Assembly (NCBI GenBank): GCA_051313645.2
Contig: JBNRSN020000010.1
Coordinates: 2,232,001 to 2,296,000 of the forward strand
Direction of reading: 5' to 3'
From: Centroscyllium fabricii
Lineage: Eukaryota
DNA length: 64,000 nucleotides
Made by a program: the position numbers and the translations under genes. Positions 50,364 to 64,000 of this stretch are shown here, one piece after another. Every line of letters starts with the position of its first letter. The first letter of the stretch is position 1. A model generated the notes under the pieces. That model ran no database searches and was not told the DNA's origin. It worked only from the letters and a program-made list of their open reading frames with translations.

Positions 50364-51391
50364 CATAAGAACTAAAGAATTAGAAGCAGAAATAGGCCAT
50401 TTCACTGCTCAAACCTGCTCCGTCATTCAATCAAGTCATGGCTGATCTGACCTTGGCCTCAACTCCACTTTCCTGCCTGCTCCCCATATCCCTTGACTGC
50501 CCTGCTGCTCAAATATTTGTCTATCTCCGCCTTGAATATATTCACTGGCTCAGTCCACATAACACTCTGGGGTAGAGAATTACAAAGATTCACAACCCTT
50601 TCGAGAAGAAATTCCTCCTCATCGGTCTTAAATGGTTGACCCATTATTCTGAAATTATGCCCCCTAATTCTAGATTACCCCACGAGAGGAAACATCTTCT
50701 CAGCATCTACCCTGTCGAGCCCCCTCAGAATTATATATGTTTCAATAAGGTCACCTCTCATTCCTCTAAACTCCAATGAGTATAGGACAAACGGTGGCAG
50801 CACGGTGGCATAGTGGTTAGCACTGTGGCCTTACAGCACCAGAGACCCGGGTTAAAATCCAGCCTCGGGTACTATCTGTGTGGAGTTTGCACATTCTCCC
50901 CGTGTCTGCGTGGGTTTCCTCCGGGTGCTCCGGTTTCCTCCCACAGTCCAAAGATGTGCGGGTTAGGTTGATTGGCCAGGATAAATTAACCCTTAGTCTT
51001 AGGGCGATTGAATATGTGGGGTTATGGGGATAGGGTGGGATATGTGTCGGTGCAGGCTCGATAGGGATCGAGGGATATGGGGACAAGGCAGGGACGGGGT
51101 GCTGAGTTTGGATGATCAGCCATGATCTCATTGAATGGCGGAGGAGGCTCGAAGGGCTGAATGGCTTACTCCTGCTCCTATCTTCTATGTTTCTATGTTT
51201 CTAAACCTGCTCAACCATTCCGCATAAGACAACCCCTTCATCTCCAGAATCAAACTAGTGAACCTCCTCTGAACTGCCTCTAATGCAAGTATATCCCTCC
51301 TTAAATAATGAGAACTAAACTGTATGCAGTACTTCAGGTGTGTTCTCAACCTGTAGAGTTGTAGCAGGACATTTGTACATTTATACTCCAT
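50364..51391 (-). mobile_element. CR1 3' fragment containing a nested SINE
   Basis: LLQLYRL...HLKYCIQF...DILALEAVQRRFT and RVVNLCNSLP...FKAEIDKYL...GYGEQAGKWS; TTCTTATG tail. Confidence 0.9.
50793..51202 (+). mobile_element. HE1-like V-SINE, long-tail type, TSD AAAC
   Basis: AAAC at 50789-50792 and 51203-51206; the CR1 is contiguous across it. Confidence 0.93.
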
Positions 51392-51892
51392 GTCTGCTGC
51401 AACTTTCAGGCAATTCATTCATTTTCCATCCATCTAAACTTCCATGCAATAATCTACAGTCTATATGTTAAGCCATTTCACCTCTAGCCATTGAATAATT
51501 CATCTTCCTGCACATCAGCCATTATTGCATCTATTGATCCATCCACTAACCATATATCTATCAGTAGCTCTAATCATCTAATCCATTATTCAATTATCGA
51601 TGCTGTTGAAATGCAGGAAATTAATGTTAAACCTGTATAGAACCTTAGTTAAACTACAGTTAGATTATGGTAGACAATATGGTCTCCACATTACAAAAGG
51701 GATTTATAGACATAAAGACGATTTACGAGAATGATCCCAGAATTCAGAGGGCACAACGATCAGGAAAGACAGAACAGGCTGGAGCTCCTTTCTGTAGAAA
51801 AAGAGAAGGTTGTGGAGTGAATGAATAGAGGGCTTTAAACATAGGAAGGAGCTGCATAGGTTAGAACTAGAGAAGATATGTCCACCTCTTGG

Positions 51893-52214
51893 TGGGGGGG
51901 GGGGGGGGGGGAAGAGGCAGGGGAGTACAAAACTAGGGACTATAATTGACGTAGCATCAATCAAACATGAAAGACGAGTGGTTACCCAAACTACATGGGG
52001 GGGGGGGGGGTGGAGGAGTACAATACTAGAGACTATAATTGACGTATCGTCAATCAAACACAAAAGACGAGTAGTTACCCAAACTACATGGGGGGGGGGG
52101 TGGAGGAGTACAATACTAGAGACTATAATTGACGTATCTTCAATCAAACACGAAAGACGAGTAGTTCCCCAAACTACATGGGGGGGTGGGGGACTACAAT
52201 ACTAGAGACTATAA
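51893..52214 (+). repeat. 86-93-bp tandem repeat with poly-G runs
   Basis: The ATAA(T) junction motif recurs at 51942, 52035, 52125 and 52211. Confidence 0.93.
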
Positions 52215-52624
52215 ACATAGAAACATAGAAATATAGAAACTAGGAGCAGGAGTAGGCCATTCGGCCCTTCGAGCCTGCTCCTCCATTGAATGAGATCATG
52301 GCTGATCATCCAAACCCAGTATCCCGCCCCTGCACTCTCCCCATATCCCTCGATCCCTATCGAGCCTGCACCGGCACATATCCCACCCTATCCGCGTAAC
52401 CCCACCTATTCAATCCCCCTAACACTAAGGGTCAATTTATCATGGCCAATCAACCTAACCCGCACATCTTTGGACTGAGGGAGGAAACCGTAGCACCCAG
52501 AGGAAACCCACGCAGACACGGGGAGAATGTGCAAATTCCACACAGATAGTACCCGAGGCTGGATTTGAACCCAGGTCTCCAGTGCTGTGAGGCAACAATG
52601 CTAACCACTGTGCCACCGTGCCGC
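52215..52624 (-). mobile_element. HE1-like V-SINE, long-tail type, with small target-site deletion
   Basis: Inserted between GACTATAA and CGTATCGTC; the TTGA of the repeat unit is missing and there is no TSD. Confidence 0.92.
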
Positions 52625-52910
52625 GTATCGTCAATCAAACACGAAAGACGAGTAGTTACCCAAACTACAGGCTTTTATTCACTTACAATGGAGCTAGTCT
52701 CCTGTCGAGTTCAAGGCGAGAATGAGTGGGGGCAGGGCAGCCCTCACCTATATGCTCCCACCTGAGGGGAGGAGTTAGAGTTGTGGCTGACCTGGCCTTG
52801 CGTACAATGTACAATGTCAAAGGTGAGCACATCCATATATATACACTGGTGAGCACATCAATACATACACTGGTAAAACGGATATATACACTGGTAATAC
52901 GGTTACCACA
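52624..52910 (-). mobile_element. Solo LTR (about 290 bp) with TSD ATAAT
   Basis: Minus strand TGTGGTAACC...AATAAAAGCC...TAACTACTCGTC...GACGATACG(TCA); ATAAT at 52911-52915 and before TGACG in the repeat units; shares AATAAAAGCC and TAACTACTCGTC with the 37544 LTR. Confidence 0.85.
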
Positions 52911-54118
52911 ATAATTAAAAAAGTCATTAAGGAATCCAATAAATAAGTCAGGAGGAACATCATTACCAAGAGAGTGCTTAGAATGGGGAATGCACCACCA
53001 CTTGGAGTAGTTGAGGCGAATAGCACAGATGCGATAAAAGTGAAGCCAGATAAACACTGATAGAAAGGAACAGAAAGATATGCAAATAGGGCGAGATGAA
53101 GTAAGGTGGGAGCAGGTTCATTCGGAACATAAGCATCGACACACACCCGTTGGGCTGAATGTCCTGTTTCTGTCCGGTTTGTGCTGGAAATTATTTGTAA
53201 TTCTATGTAATACAGCTGATTAAAATTGTGTCCATTAAAACCAGTCTTGTGTTTATTCATCTAATATTCTAATCGCCTATTATTACATAGATTGACACGT
53301 CCACCTCTTCATTCATTTGCCATATATCCGACAATCCACTAATCTGTGAATCATCTGTCCCACTATTCACCCTCCATCCAACCAACCCATGTTCCTTCTA
53401 TTCATTAAAGATCCATTCATACATAAATCCACCTGGTTACCATCAATCTTCTGTGAATCGATACAGTCAACCATTCATTCAACCTTCCAAACATCTGAGC
53501 ACCAATCAACCCTACATCCATCCAATTATCTACCTATCCACCCAATTTCCGTCAGCCCATGCATTGGTCTATCCTTATATCCATTCTTCTGATCATATTA
53601 GTCCATCACCATTCCAAAGCCATGCATCTCCATGGAACTGACAATCCATGTTTCCGTAGGACCATCCACTCAACCTTTCATCCAGCTTTTCTTGATGTTG
53701 TTCCATCTTCCAAACTTCCACTTATCGAGTATTCATTCAATCCACTCATTGAACAATAGTTCCTTAAACCCAGTGCCTATTGAGACATGCATCTCCACTC
53801 CCTCGTTAATTTATCAGCCTTTGGTACATCTATCCATTCATTCATTCATTCAAGGATCCACCCTACGGCCATCCGTTCACTCAGTCTTCCCTCCATCACT
53901 TCAACTGTCAATCGACCCATTCAATAATCTAATCATCCATATAATCAATGTAACTATCGTGCCATCCATCCAATAACCAGTCCTTCAATCATTCCTCCAA
54001 TATTCCATCTGGTCATCCATTCACTTTACTTGCCAACCGTTTATCAATCCAATCTTCCTTGCTCACCTGTTCAATCAACCACCTTTCCACACTTAACCCT
54101 TCAATCCGTCCCTAACCC

Positions 54119-54426
54119 ATCATAAAATCATAGAATTTTACAGCGCAGGGGGCGGCCATTCGGCCCATCTTGTCCATGCAAGCCGACAAAGAGCTATCCA
54201 TCTTAATCCCACTTCCCAGCTCTTGGTCCATAGCCTTGTTGTTTACAACACTTCAAGTGGCCATCCCAGCACTTCTTCAATCTTATGAGAGTTTCTGCCT
54301 CGACCACCCTTTCAGGCAGTGATTTCCAGACCACCACCACCTCCCTCTGGATGAAAATTTCTCCTCAAATCCCCTCTAAACATCGTACCAATTACTTGAC
54401 ATCTATGCCCCCGCGTTATTGACCCC
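54119..54426 (-). mobile_element. CR1 3' fragment similar to 22148-22933
   Basis: ACCACCCTTTCAGGCAGTGA..TCCAGA and CTATGCCCC are reverse complements of segments in 22645-22752; (ATTCTATG)-type tail. Confidence 0.85.
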
Positions 54427-57400
54427 TGATCAACCATTCATCCACTCACGAATTCCTCTATTCATTCGTCCAGGCATCCGTTCAACCAATTTGCGATTGG
54501 TCACTCCCTTCATGCATGCATCCCCTTATCCATTCGACTACCTGTCCATCCCATAATCCCTCTAATCAATAAACAATCCACTCAAACATCCTCTATTCAT
54601 TCTAGTCTGAATCCATAAGCAATCCGTCCTGCATTCATTCACCCCTTCATAAATTCAACCAACTCTCTAACCAACATTCGTTCCAAGATTCCTTCCAACA
54701 CTCAATCTTTCAAGGCTCTGATGTCCAATCATCCAATGTTCCCTAAGGTCATTCATTTATCCATCCATTTCACCATCCATCAAACATATCTTCCGTTCAC
54801 TAATCCATCCATCAATTATTCCTCTATCCATCACCTCAGCCAATCATCCATCCATTCAACACGCCCCATCTATCCCTGCTTCCAAACATCCATTCATCCA
54901 CTCAACCACCTGGACATCCAGCGCTCCCTTCAATCATTCTTCCATCCAGTGAACCAGCCATCCACCCAATTTCCCTTGCGTTCATTCATCCCTTTATCCA
55001 TTCAAATATCGCTCCAGCTCACAATCGCTATAATCAATTACCCATCCACCGAAGCACCTCTACATTTAGCACAATCACTATTTAACTCTTCTCAATCTCT
55101 CATCCATCCATCCAGCATGACCTCTATTCTTTAATTCATCCATGAATATAACCACTTCACTCGCCAACATTCAAACCAATCTGTTCATTCACTGAACTAT
55201 CCCTTCATCCACATTACCTACAATCATCAATCACCCATGGAGCCATCCATTCATCAAGAATTCCCTCCAAGGAATCCATGTAGCCAATTAAACTTCCATT
55301 CATCGAACATTGCATTCGATGATCCACCAAACATTCCAGTCATTTCCAATCATCCAATATTCCTAAATAATTAATAACCCAATCGGTTTATTGAACCAGC
55401 CAAACAGTCTTCTATCCCACCCGCCATCCAAATAAATCATAATCCATCCATCCAACCAATTATCCATTTAGCGCTCCCTCCATTCATTCACGTTGCAATA
55501 CTTCAAACCACCCATGCAAAGAAAGTCACCTCAATTCACTCAACCCTTTATCAATGCAACTGCCTGTCCATCACACAATTCTGACTAATCATGCTTCGCG
55601 TCCACTATCCATCCATCGACCCATTCATCTTCCACTCATTTAGCCACCCACACATCCAACTCTCCCTCCATTCATTCCTCCTTTTAGCAATGACACTGCC
55701 TTTCCACCCAACAATCTCTAATCAGCCAGTCAGTCATTAATCCCTGCATCCATTAAACTACCTATCCATCTCACAATCATTCCAATTAATTTCCCATCCA
55801 CACAAACACCTGTCCAAAACCTATATGTCCTCAGTCTACTCCTAATCCACAGACCATCTATTCTTTAACTCTTCCTTAAATGCGACCACCTCTCCATCCA
55901 ACATTCAAGCGATCATCATTCAATCCATCTAGAGCGACATTCATTCATATTGCCACACGTTAAATCAACCATCCAAAGTCACCTTCACTCATTCATCCCG
56001 TTTTCTTTTCAACTACCTGTCCAATCCAATATTCGGACCAAAAATCCATCCAATTCAACTACATTCATTTATAATTTTATCCAGTAGATTGCCTTTCCAT
56101 CTCAAAATCTCTGAAAAATCTCCCATCTACTCAAATCATCCTTCTATTGGCAATGCTCCATATTCTGTCTGCTCTCAAACCACAGCCCATCAATCCAGCA
56201 TGCCCTCTATTATTTCATCTCTCCCTGCATTAGAACACTCAAGCCAACATTTCCTCCAAACATTCAATCCATCCAATGATTTGCAATAAAATACTCCCTA
56301 TCATTCATTTTTCCATCCATATAAGCATTCATTCAACTTCATCCATTCAACACCTCTTCCATTCAATAGTCTGTCATTAAGCTATCCATTACCTCAACCA
56401 ATCACGCATCGATCCATTTTCTCCCATCCAACAATCCCCCCAACCATCCATCAATCTAACTAGTCTTCTATCACACCCTCCCTCCAAACATACCGCAATC
56501 CATCCATTCAAAGAGTTATCCAATCAAATCTCCCTCCAGTCATTCACCATCGGTATTCTTCAAACCACTCCTCCATGGAAAGTCCACTTTATTCATTCAT
56601 CCATTTGTTAATTAAACTATCTTTCCATCCCAAAAGTCGGACCAATAATCCCTCCATTAAAATAACCATCCATGCAAATCATCCTAAATGCATTTATCTT
56701 CCATTCACTCAACCAACCTCTCATTCAACTTCCACACCATTCTTTCTTCCATTTATCAATTAACCTGCTCTCCATCTAACAAACACTCTGATCAGCCTCC
56801 CAACCACCCCTCTGTTTAGTCATCCCGACATCCATTAAACTACATATCCCTCAAAATTCCTCTAATGAAACTACCATCCACAAAAACACATCTCTATCCA
56901 AATCTCTCTTCATTCTGCTTTCAATCGACAACTCGTCCATTCAGCATGCCCTTTATTCTTTTCCTCCATAAATTCTACGGCCTCTCCATCCAACATTACC
57001 ACCAATCATCATTCAATCCATTCAAAATTCCTTCCAAACATCAAATAATCCAACCAATAAACCTTCCATTCATCCAATAATTCCTCTAATCATGAACAGA
57101 TCCATCCATTGAAACTATCATTTTTTCAACATTGCCTCCAATCATAATTCAGTCCATCCACTGATTAACAATCTAATAGTCCCTACAATTATTCATTTAT
57201 CCAACCATTTTTGCATTAATTACGCCTCTCACCAATTCCTAACCTATTCTATTCAATAATCCATTATTCATCTATCCATCACCTCCACGAATCATCCATC
57301 CGTTCAACACCACGCCATCCACCTCTCCTTCCAAACATCCATCATGCCGTTCCAACAGCTGGACCTCCAGCATTCCCTCCATTCATTCATTGGACAACAC

Positions 57401-60367
57401 ATCTATCCACCTCTCCCACCAAATATCCACAATTTATCCATCGAAACAATTATCCATTCAACACTCCCTCCATTCATTCACATCTTTAAGATACCCATCC
57501 GATCCCCGATATTCATTCATCCCTTTATCAATTCAAATAAATTTCCATCCAAAATCTGGACCAATAATCCATCTAATTCAACTACATATCCATCCAGCTC
57601 TCCCTACATTTATTGATCTTCCACTCATTAAAATAGCCACTCGTCCAACCTCCATTCATTCATCCGTTTAGCAGCTGAACTGCCTTTCCACCCAACAGTC
57701 TCAATGATCAACCACTCATCCATCCAATGCTCCCTTCATTCAATCATCCCTACATTGTATTCATAGCAAATCCATCTCACAATCCCTCAATCACTATCTA
57801 ATCCACTCAACCACCACTCTATATAAACCTCTCTATTCATTCTACTCTCAATGCAATGATCATCCACCCAGCTCACCCTCTATTTTTCAGCCCTCCATAA
57901 ATACAACAAATTCTCAATTGAACAAACCTTCCACTGCCTGGCTATCCCACGATTTCCATCAATCGTCCATCCATCCAACTCTCGCTCCATACATTCATCT
58001 CTCCAATCATTTAACCACCCATCCATCCATCTCCCACTCCGTTTATTCATCCCTTTTTCAGATCAGTTATATTTCCATCCAACAATCGCTATGATATCCG
58101 ACCCAAGCATCCATCACGCCCATCATTCAATCATCCCTCCATCCATTCAACTGCATATCCCTCACAATCCCATCAATCAATCTTCCATTCACACAAACAC
58201 CTATCCATCCAGAATCTCTATCAATTATACACTCGTTGGAAATCCATTCCATCCAGCGTGCCCTTGATTCATTCCTGCCTCCATAAATTCAACCACCTCT
58301 CCATGCATCATTCCCTCCAATCATTAATTAACCCATCAACAGAACCCTCCGTTCATCCAGTGTTGCCTCCAACGATCAACCAATCTATCCAGTAATTGTG
58401 CAGTAATCCAACACTCCCTTCCATCATTCATTTAGCCATCATTACATTTGTTCACACAATCATTCGATGACTCATCCATCCCACACCCGTGCGATTGAAT
58501 AATAATTCAATTATTCATCCTTTCATCACAACAACAACTCATTGAACAACTCTCCGACCAGCAAACCCTCAAAAATCCACCCATCCATTACACCACCTGG
58601 AAATAAAGCCCTCCCTTTCAATTATTCATCCTCATCTATCACTCCATCGATCTATCCAATCAGCCATCCACCCAATCAAGCTTCTATCCAACACTCTCGA
58701 TAAACATCCCACAGTCCATCAGTTCAGGAAATTCGCCATTATTCTCTCCCTCCATCGTTTCAAATCAGCAATGATTAAACCACCAATCTTTTCAACGTCT
58801 CTTCGATTACTTTATTCCTGTATCAATTAAACTGCCTGCCCATCACAGAATCCCTCTGATCAACCACCAATCCATCCATGCAACACTCTTTATTCATTTA
58901 TCCATTTAAACAAATCTCCACCACTCACTCCCTGAATGTATTCATCCTTTATCCATTCAACTGCCTACCCATCTCACAATCCCTGTAATCAATCACACAT
59001 TCACTCAACCTCCTCTCCTTCCAACGCACTCACAATTGAGTCTATTCTCAAACCACAGCTCATCAATCTAGTGCACCCTCTATTCTTTTATCCCTATATA
59101 TCCTGCCACAACTCCATCCAACATTACCTCCAATATTAATTCAGTCAATCCAAAATGCATTCCAAACATCAATCGAGCAGCAAACCTTCCATTCGTCTAA
59201 CAATGCCTCCAATAATAAATCAATTCATCCATTGAAACGTCCATTTATTCAACATTGCCTCCAATCCTCACTCAGTCCATCCACTGGTTATCAATAATGC
59301 AGTAGCCCCTTCAATTCTTCATTATTCCATCGAATTATGCATTCGTTCAAACTCTCATCCATTCCAAACCTATTCTATTAAATAATCCATCGTTTATCTA
59401 TCCATCACCTACACCAATCATCCATCCATTCATCATGGTGCCATCCAGCACTCCTTCCATACACCTATCTAGCCACTCAAACCTGGCCATCCAGCGCTCC
59501 CTTCAATAATTCATCCATCCATTGGATAGCTCATCTATCCCCCTCTCCCTCCAAACATCCCACAATCCATTCATTGAAACAATTATCCATTCAGCTCTCC
59601 CTCCATTCATTCACATCGCCACACTTTAAACCACTCATTCAATGACACCTCCACTCATTCACCCCTTTATTTATCAACTACCTTTCCATCCTGAAATTCA
59701 GCCCAATAATCCATTCAATCAAATAAATATCCATCCAACTCTCACTACATACATTTAAATTCCACTCCCATTCAACTTAAACGCCATTCATTCACTTATC
59801 AGTTAAACAGCCTTTCTATCAAACAATCATTCTGGTCAAAGACCCAACCATCCATCACTCCCTTCATTCATTCATTCATTCCCAAATCCTATAAACGATA
59901 TTTCCATCTACAATCGCTCGAATAAATAACACATTTATTCAAAAAACCCTCTCCAAAACCTTTCTATTCATTCTACTCTCAATCCTGTGATCACCTACCC
60001 TGCGCACACTCTATAGTTTCAGCCTTCCATAAATTCATCCACTTCTCAATTCAACAATCCTTCAAATCATCGATCAGTCCTTACACAGAACCCATCGTTC
60101 AACAAGCTCTCCAATCATCAATTGACTTACAATCATACAACACGCTTTAATTTATAATTATTCATTCAAATACACATCCATGAAATACCCAGAAATTCAA
60201 TAATCATTCCATTATTCATTTTTTTTTTCTTTCCATTATTCATCTATTCATCAAATCAACAAATCATCCATTCAACAACTCCCCATTCAACATTTCTTCC
60301 AAACATCTGTCCATCCAAGCATGCACCTTGCCATCCAATACTCCCTTCAATTATTCTTGTATCAATT

Positions 60368-60677
60368 GGGCGGCACGGTGGCATAGTGGTTAGCACTGTT
60401 GCCTCAGAGCGCTAGGGGCCTGGTTTCAAATCCGGCATCGGGTACTATCTGTGTGGAGTTTGCACATTCTCCCCATGTCTGCTAGGCTTTCCTCCGGGGG
60501 CTCCGGTTTACTCCCACAGTCAAAAAGATGTGCGGGTTACGTTGATTGGACATGATAAATTGACCCTTCGTGTTAGGGGGATTAAATATGTGGGGTTAAG
60601 GGGATAGGGTGGGATATGTGTCAGTGCAGGCTCGATAGGCCGAAATGAACTCTCTCTGCACTGTAGGGGTTCTATGA
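60368..60677 (+). mobile_element. HE1-like V-SINE, short classical tail
   Basis: GGGCGGCACGGTGG head, V-domain, ends GGCTCGATAGGCCGAAATGAACTCTCTCTGCACTGTAGGGGTTCTATGA. Confidence 0.92.
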
Positions 60678-63600
60678 TTGAGCCACCATCTATTCATCAC
60701 ACTGTTAAACAATCTACACACCCATCCATTTACTCAGCTATGGTCTCTATTCTTTAATCCCGCAAGGATTGATCCACCTCTCCATCCAACATTGCCTCCG
60801 ATCATCTCAATACACTGATTTACAATCATCCAATACTCCCTGCAATCACTAATTTCTTCATCAATTTATGCATTCATTAAAACGCCCGCCCATTCAAAAC
60901 CTGTTTTATTGAATAATCCATCATTCATTTATCCATCGCCTCCACCAGTCATCCATCAATTCAACAGTGATCCATTCAGCACTCCTTCCAAATTCCCATC
61001 AATCAGAATGCCATCCCTTCAATCATTCATTCATTGAAACACCTATCCATCAGTCCGTCACCTCTCCAAACATTCATCCAACTAACCAGTCTTCGAAGCA
61101 AACTTCCATTCTAATATTCCATAATTCATCCATTCAAACAGTTATCCATTCAACTGGCCCTCCATTCATTGACATCGCCACACTTTGCATTACCCAGTAA
61201 TCTAAGGTCCCCTTCATTCGTTAATCCATTCATTCAACGACCTGTCCATCCCACAAATTTGATCAAGCTTCCACCCATTCAAATTCTGACCAATCGAACA
61301 CTCCCTCCACTCTACTCATTCAACAACCGGTTTATCTCCCATTCTGTTATGTCCTCCCTTTATCATTTCTGCAACGTTTACATCCAACATAATCTGATAT
61401 CCGACCCACACATCCAGCACTCTCTTCATTCATCCTTTCACTGCATTTCCATCTCACAATTCCTCTAATAAAACTCCCAGCCACACAAATACCTGTATCA
61501 AAATCGCTGTATTAATTATGCTCTCTATCGACAACTAATCCTTTCAGCATGCCCTTGATTCTTTCATCACTCCATAACATGAACCACCTCACCATCCAGC
61601 ACTCCTTCCAAACATCCATATAGCTATTCAAACACCTAGTACTCTTGCACTACCTTCGATCATTTATCCATCCATTAGAAAATGAATCTATCTAACCCTC
61701 CATCCAAACATCCCACAATCAATCCATCGAACCAATTATCCAGTCAACTCTCCCTCCATTCAGTCACATCGCCACTCTGTAAATCACCCCTCCATTGATT
61801 CATCCCTTTACCATTTAAACTGCATTCCCATCCAGAAATTCTGCCCAATAATCCATTCAAATTACCACTCATTCAACTCTCCCTACATGTATTTACATCC
61901 AATTAATTCAACCGCCCTCTGATCCAACTTCCACACCATGTATTAATCCATTTATCAATTAACCTGCCTTTCTACCCAACATTCTCACCAATCAACCAGC
62001 CAAAAAACCATCACACTTCATTATTTCATCCCTACATCCATTAAACTACATGCACATCTCACATCCCTCTAATCAATAGTTCATCCACATCAACACTTCT
62101 TTATATAAAACGTCTATATTCATTCTACTCTAAATCCAATGATCATCCACCCAGCACACACACTATCCATTCAAATCTACCTCCATTTATTCATCATGTT
62201 ATTACTCAAACCACTCATCCAACGAAAGTCCCCTTTACACATTCATCCCTTTATCAATTCAACTACCTTTCCATCCCAAAGTTCTTACCAATAATCTGTC
62301 CAATGATATAACCATCCACCCAAATTTTCCAACATGCATTTATCATTCACCCATTCAACCACTCTCTCCTTCAACTTCTATACCATTCATTCATCTGTTT
62401 ATCAATTAACCTGCCTTTCTATCCAGCAATTTCTCTGCCCAACCACCGAAAATCCATACGACCATTATTCATACATCCCTACATTCATTCAACTAAATCT
62501 CCCTCTCACAATCCCTCCCATCAACACAAACACCTCTCTATCAAAATCACTATGCATTCTACTCTCAATCTACATCTCATCCATCCATCCAGCAGGTATT
62601 TATTTAACCCTCCATGAATTCGAATGACTTTCCTCCCAACATTGCCTCCAATAATCATTCAAACCATCCAAAACTCCAACCAAACATCAATCGATGCAAT
62701 CATTAAATCTTTCATTCATCCAACAGTGCCTTCAGTCATCAATAAATCCATCCATTGAAACTTCCATTTATTCAACATTGCCTCCATTCATCATTAAGTC
62801 CACCACTGGTTATCAATAATCCAATACTCGCGACAATTATTCATTCTTTCATCGATGTATGTGTTCATTCAAATTCTCATCCATTCAAAACCTATTCTAT
62901 TCAACAATCCACCATGCATCGATCCAGCACCTTCACCAGTCATCGATCCATTCAACACCACACCATCAAGCACTCTTTCCAAACATCCATCTAGCCACTC
63001 AAACACCTGGCCCTCCAATGCACCCTTCAATCATTCCGGCATCCATTGGAAAACACATTTATCCATCGCTCCCGCCAATATCCCACAATCCATCCATAGA
63101 ACCAATTATCCATTTAACTCTACCTCCATTCATTCACATCACCATTCTTTCAACCACCCATCCAATGTCCCCTCCATTCATTCCTGTCCATTCAACTACT
63201 TGTCCCTCCAGTTATTCGGACCAATAATCCAACCATTATGCATACAAATAAATTTAACTCTCCCTCCATTCTTTGACATTGCCACACTTTGAAGCTCCTA
63301 AACTAAATTCCCCATCATTCATTAATCCCTATATTAATTCAACTTCCTTTCATTGCAAAAAAGTTGATCTATCTTCCATCCATTCAACATCCCGTTCTGC
63401 CATTTCTTCCTCCATTTAATCATCTCGACTCATTAAAGCACCAACTCATCTCCCACTCCGTTAATCCATCCCTTTATCATTTCAACTATCGTTCCATCCA
63501 ATAATCCACGTGATCACCAATCCTATCAAAATTCTCTCCCTTCCTTCATGCATCCCTACATCCATTTAACTGCATATCCCTCCCACATTCCCTCTTCAAT

Positions 63601-64000
63601 CTCCCATCCACACAAACACCTCTCTATCCAAACCTCTCTATGCATTCAACTCTCAATCGACAACCCGTAGATCCAGGACGCCATTTATTATTTCATCCTT
63701 CAATTATGAATTCCCGAATCCACAGACCTAGCTAGTCATTCAGCATTGGCTCAACGATCAGCCGAGCCATTGAGTTATTTCATTCAAACTCCCGCCAATT
63801 CAAAACCTCTTATTGAATAATCCATCATTCATCTATCTATCACCTCCACCAGTCATCTATCAATTCAACAATGATCTATCCAGCACTCCTTCCAAATAGC
63901 CATCAATCAGACAGCCACCCCTTCAATCATTCATCCATCCATTGAACCACCCATCTATCTGTCCGTCAATCCCGCAAACATTCATTCAACCAGTCTAAGG

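Larger units (their letters stand above)
51607..53211 (+). mobile_element. Old CR1 3' fragment split by a solo LTR, a junction minisatellite and a SINE
   Basis: 51607-51946 resembles the LMLNLYRTLVKLQL to RTRGH region; 52911-53211 continues to TTGGGCTGAATGTCCTGTTTCTGT and an ATTCTATGTAAT tail. Confidence 0.75.
44490..64000 (+). repeat. Long degenerate (ATCC/ATTC)n low-complexity tract with internal block duplications, interrupted by TEs
   Basis: Dense CCATCCATTCA-type motifs and strong G depletion on the + strand; ORFs are only S/H/P/I/F-rich translations. Confidence 0.9.

Noticed and set aside
14424-52478. Recurrent MRSWLIIQTQ...HPEETHADTGRMCKLHT ORF family
   Set aside because: Antisense translation of the V-SINE copies, not a gene family.
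44490-64000. Ser/His/Pro/Ile-rich ORFs resembling mucin-like proteins
   Set aside because: Expected translations of degenerate (ATCC/ATTC)n; short, present in all frames, no splice structure seen.

Overview
Eukaryotic, gene-free, repeat-saturated window, most likely from a cartilaginous fish: HE1-type V-SINEs, a SacSINE1-like DeuSINE and shark-type CR1 3' tails are recognised from recalled consensus sequences, not from a search. No host gene, tRNA/rRNA gene or CRISPR array is supported, and most ORFs in the track are translations of satellite or low-complexity DNA. Layout: the 3' end of a Gypsy LTR element (1-1955); a 48-bp satellite array (3376-16685) holding a young CR1 with an uninterrupted ORF; a complete 4.17-kb LTR element that splits a DeuSINE and has gag and protease but a coiled-coil ORF instead of RT/RNase H/integrase (17564-21733); a zone of LINE fragments, a 40-bp minisatellite and an unidentified duplicated module (22.1-29.7 kb); a second 48-bp array (29708-43413) that largely duplicates the first; and about 19.5 kb of degenerate (ATCC/ATTC)n DNA studded with SINEs and CR1 pieces. 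Most notable are the Gag-protease-coiled-coil LTR element, a SINE and a solo LTR inserted at the same ATAGT site of two duplicated copies, a V-SINE with two alternative LINE tails, a minisatellite formed from a CR1/LTR junction, and a 25-bp micro-inversion.
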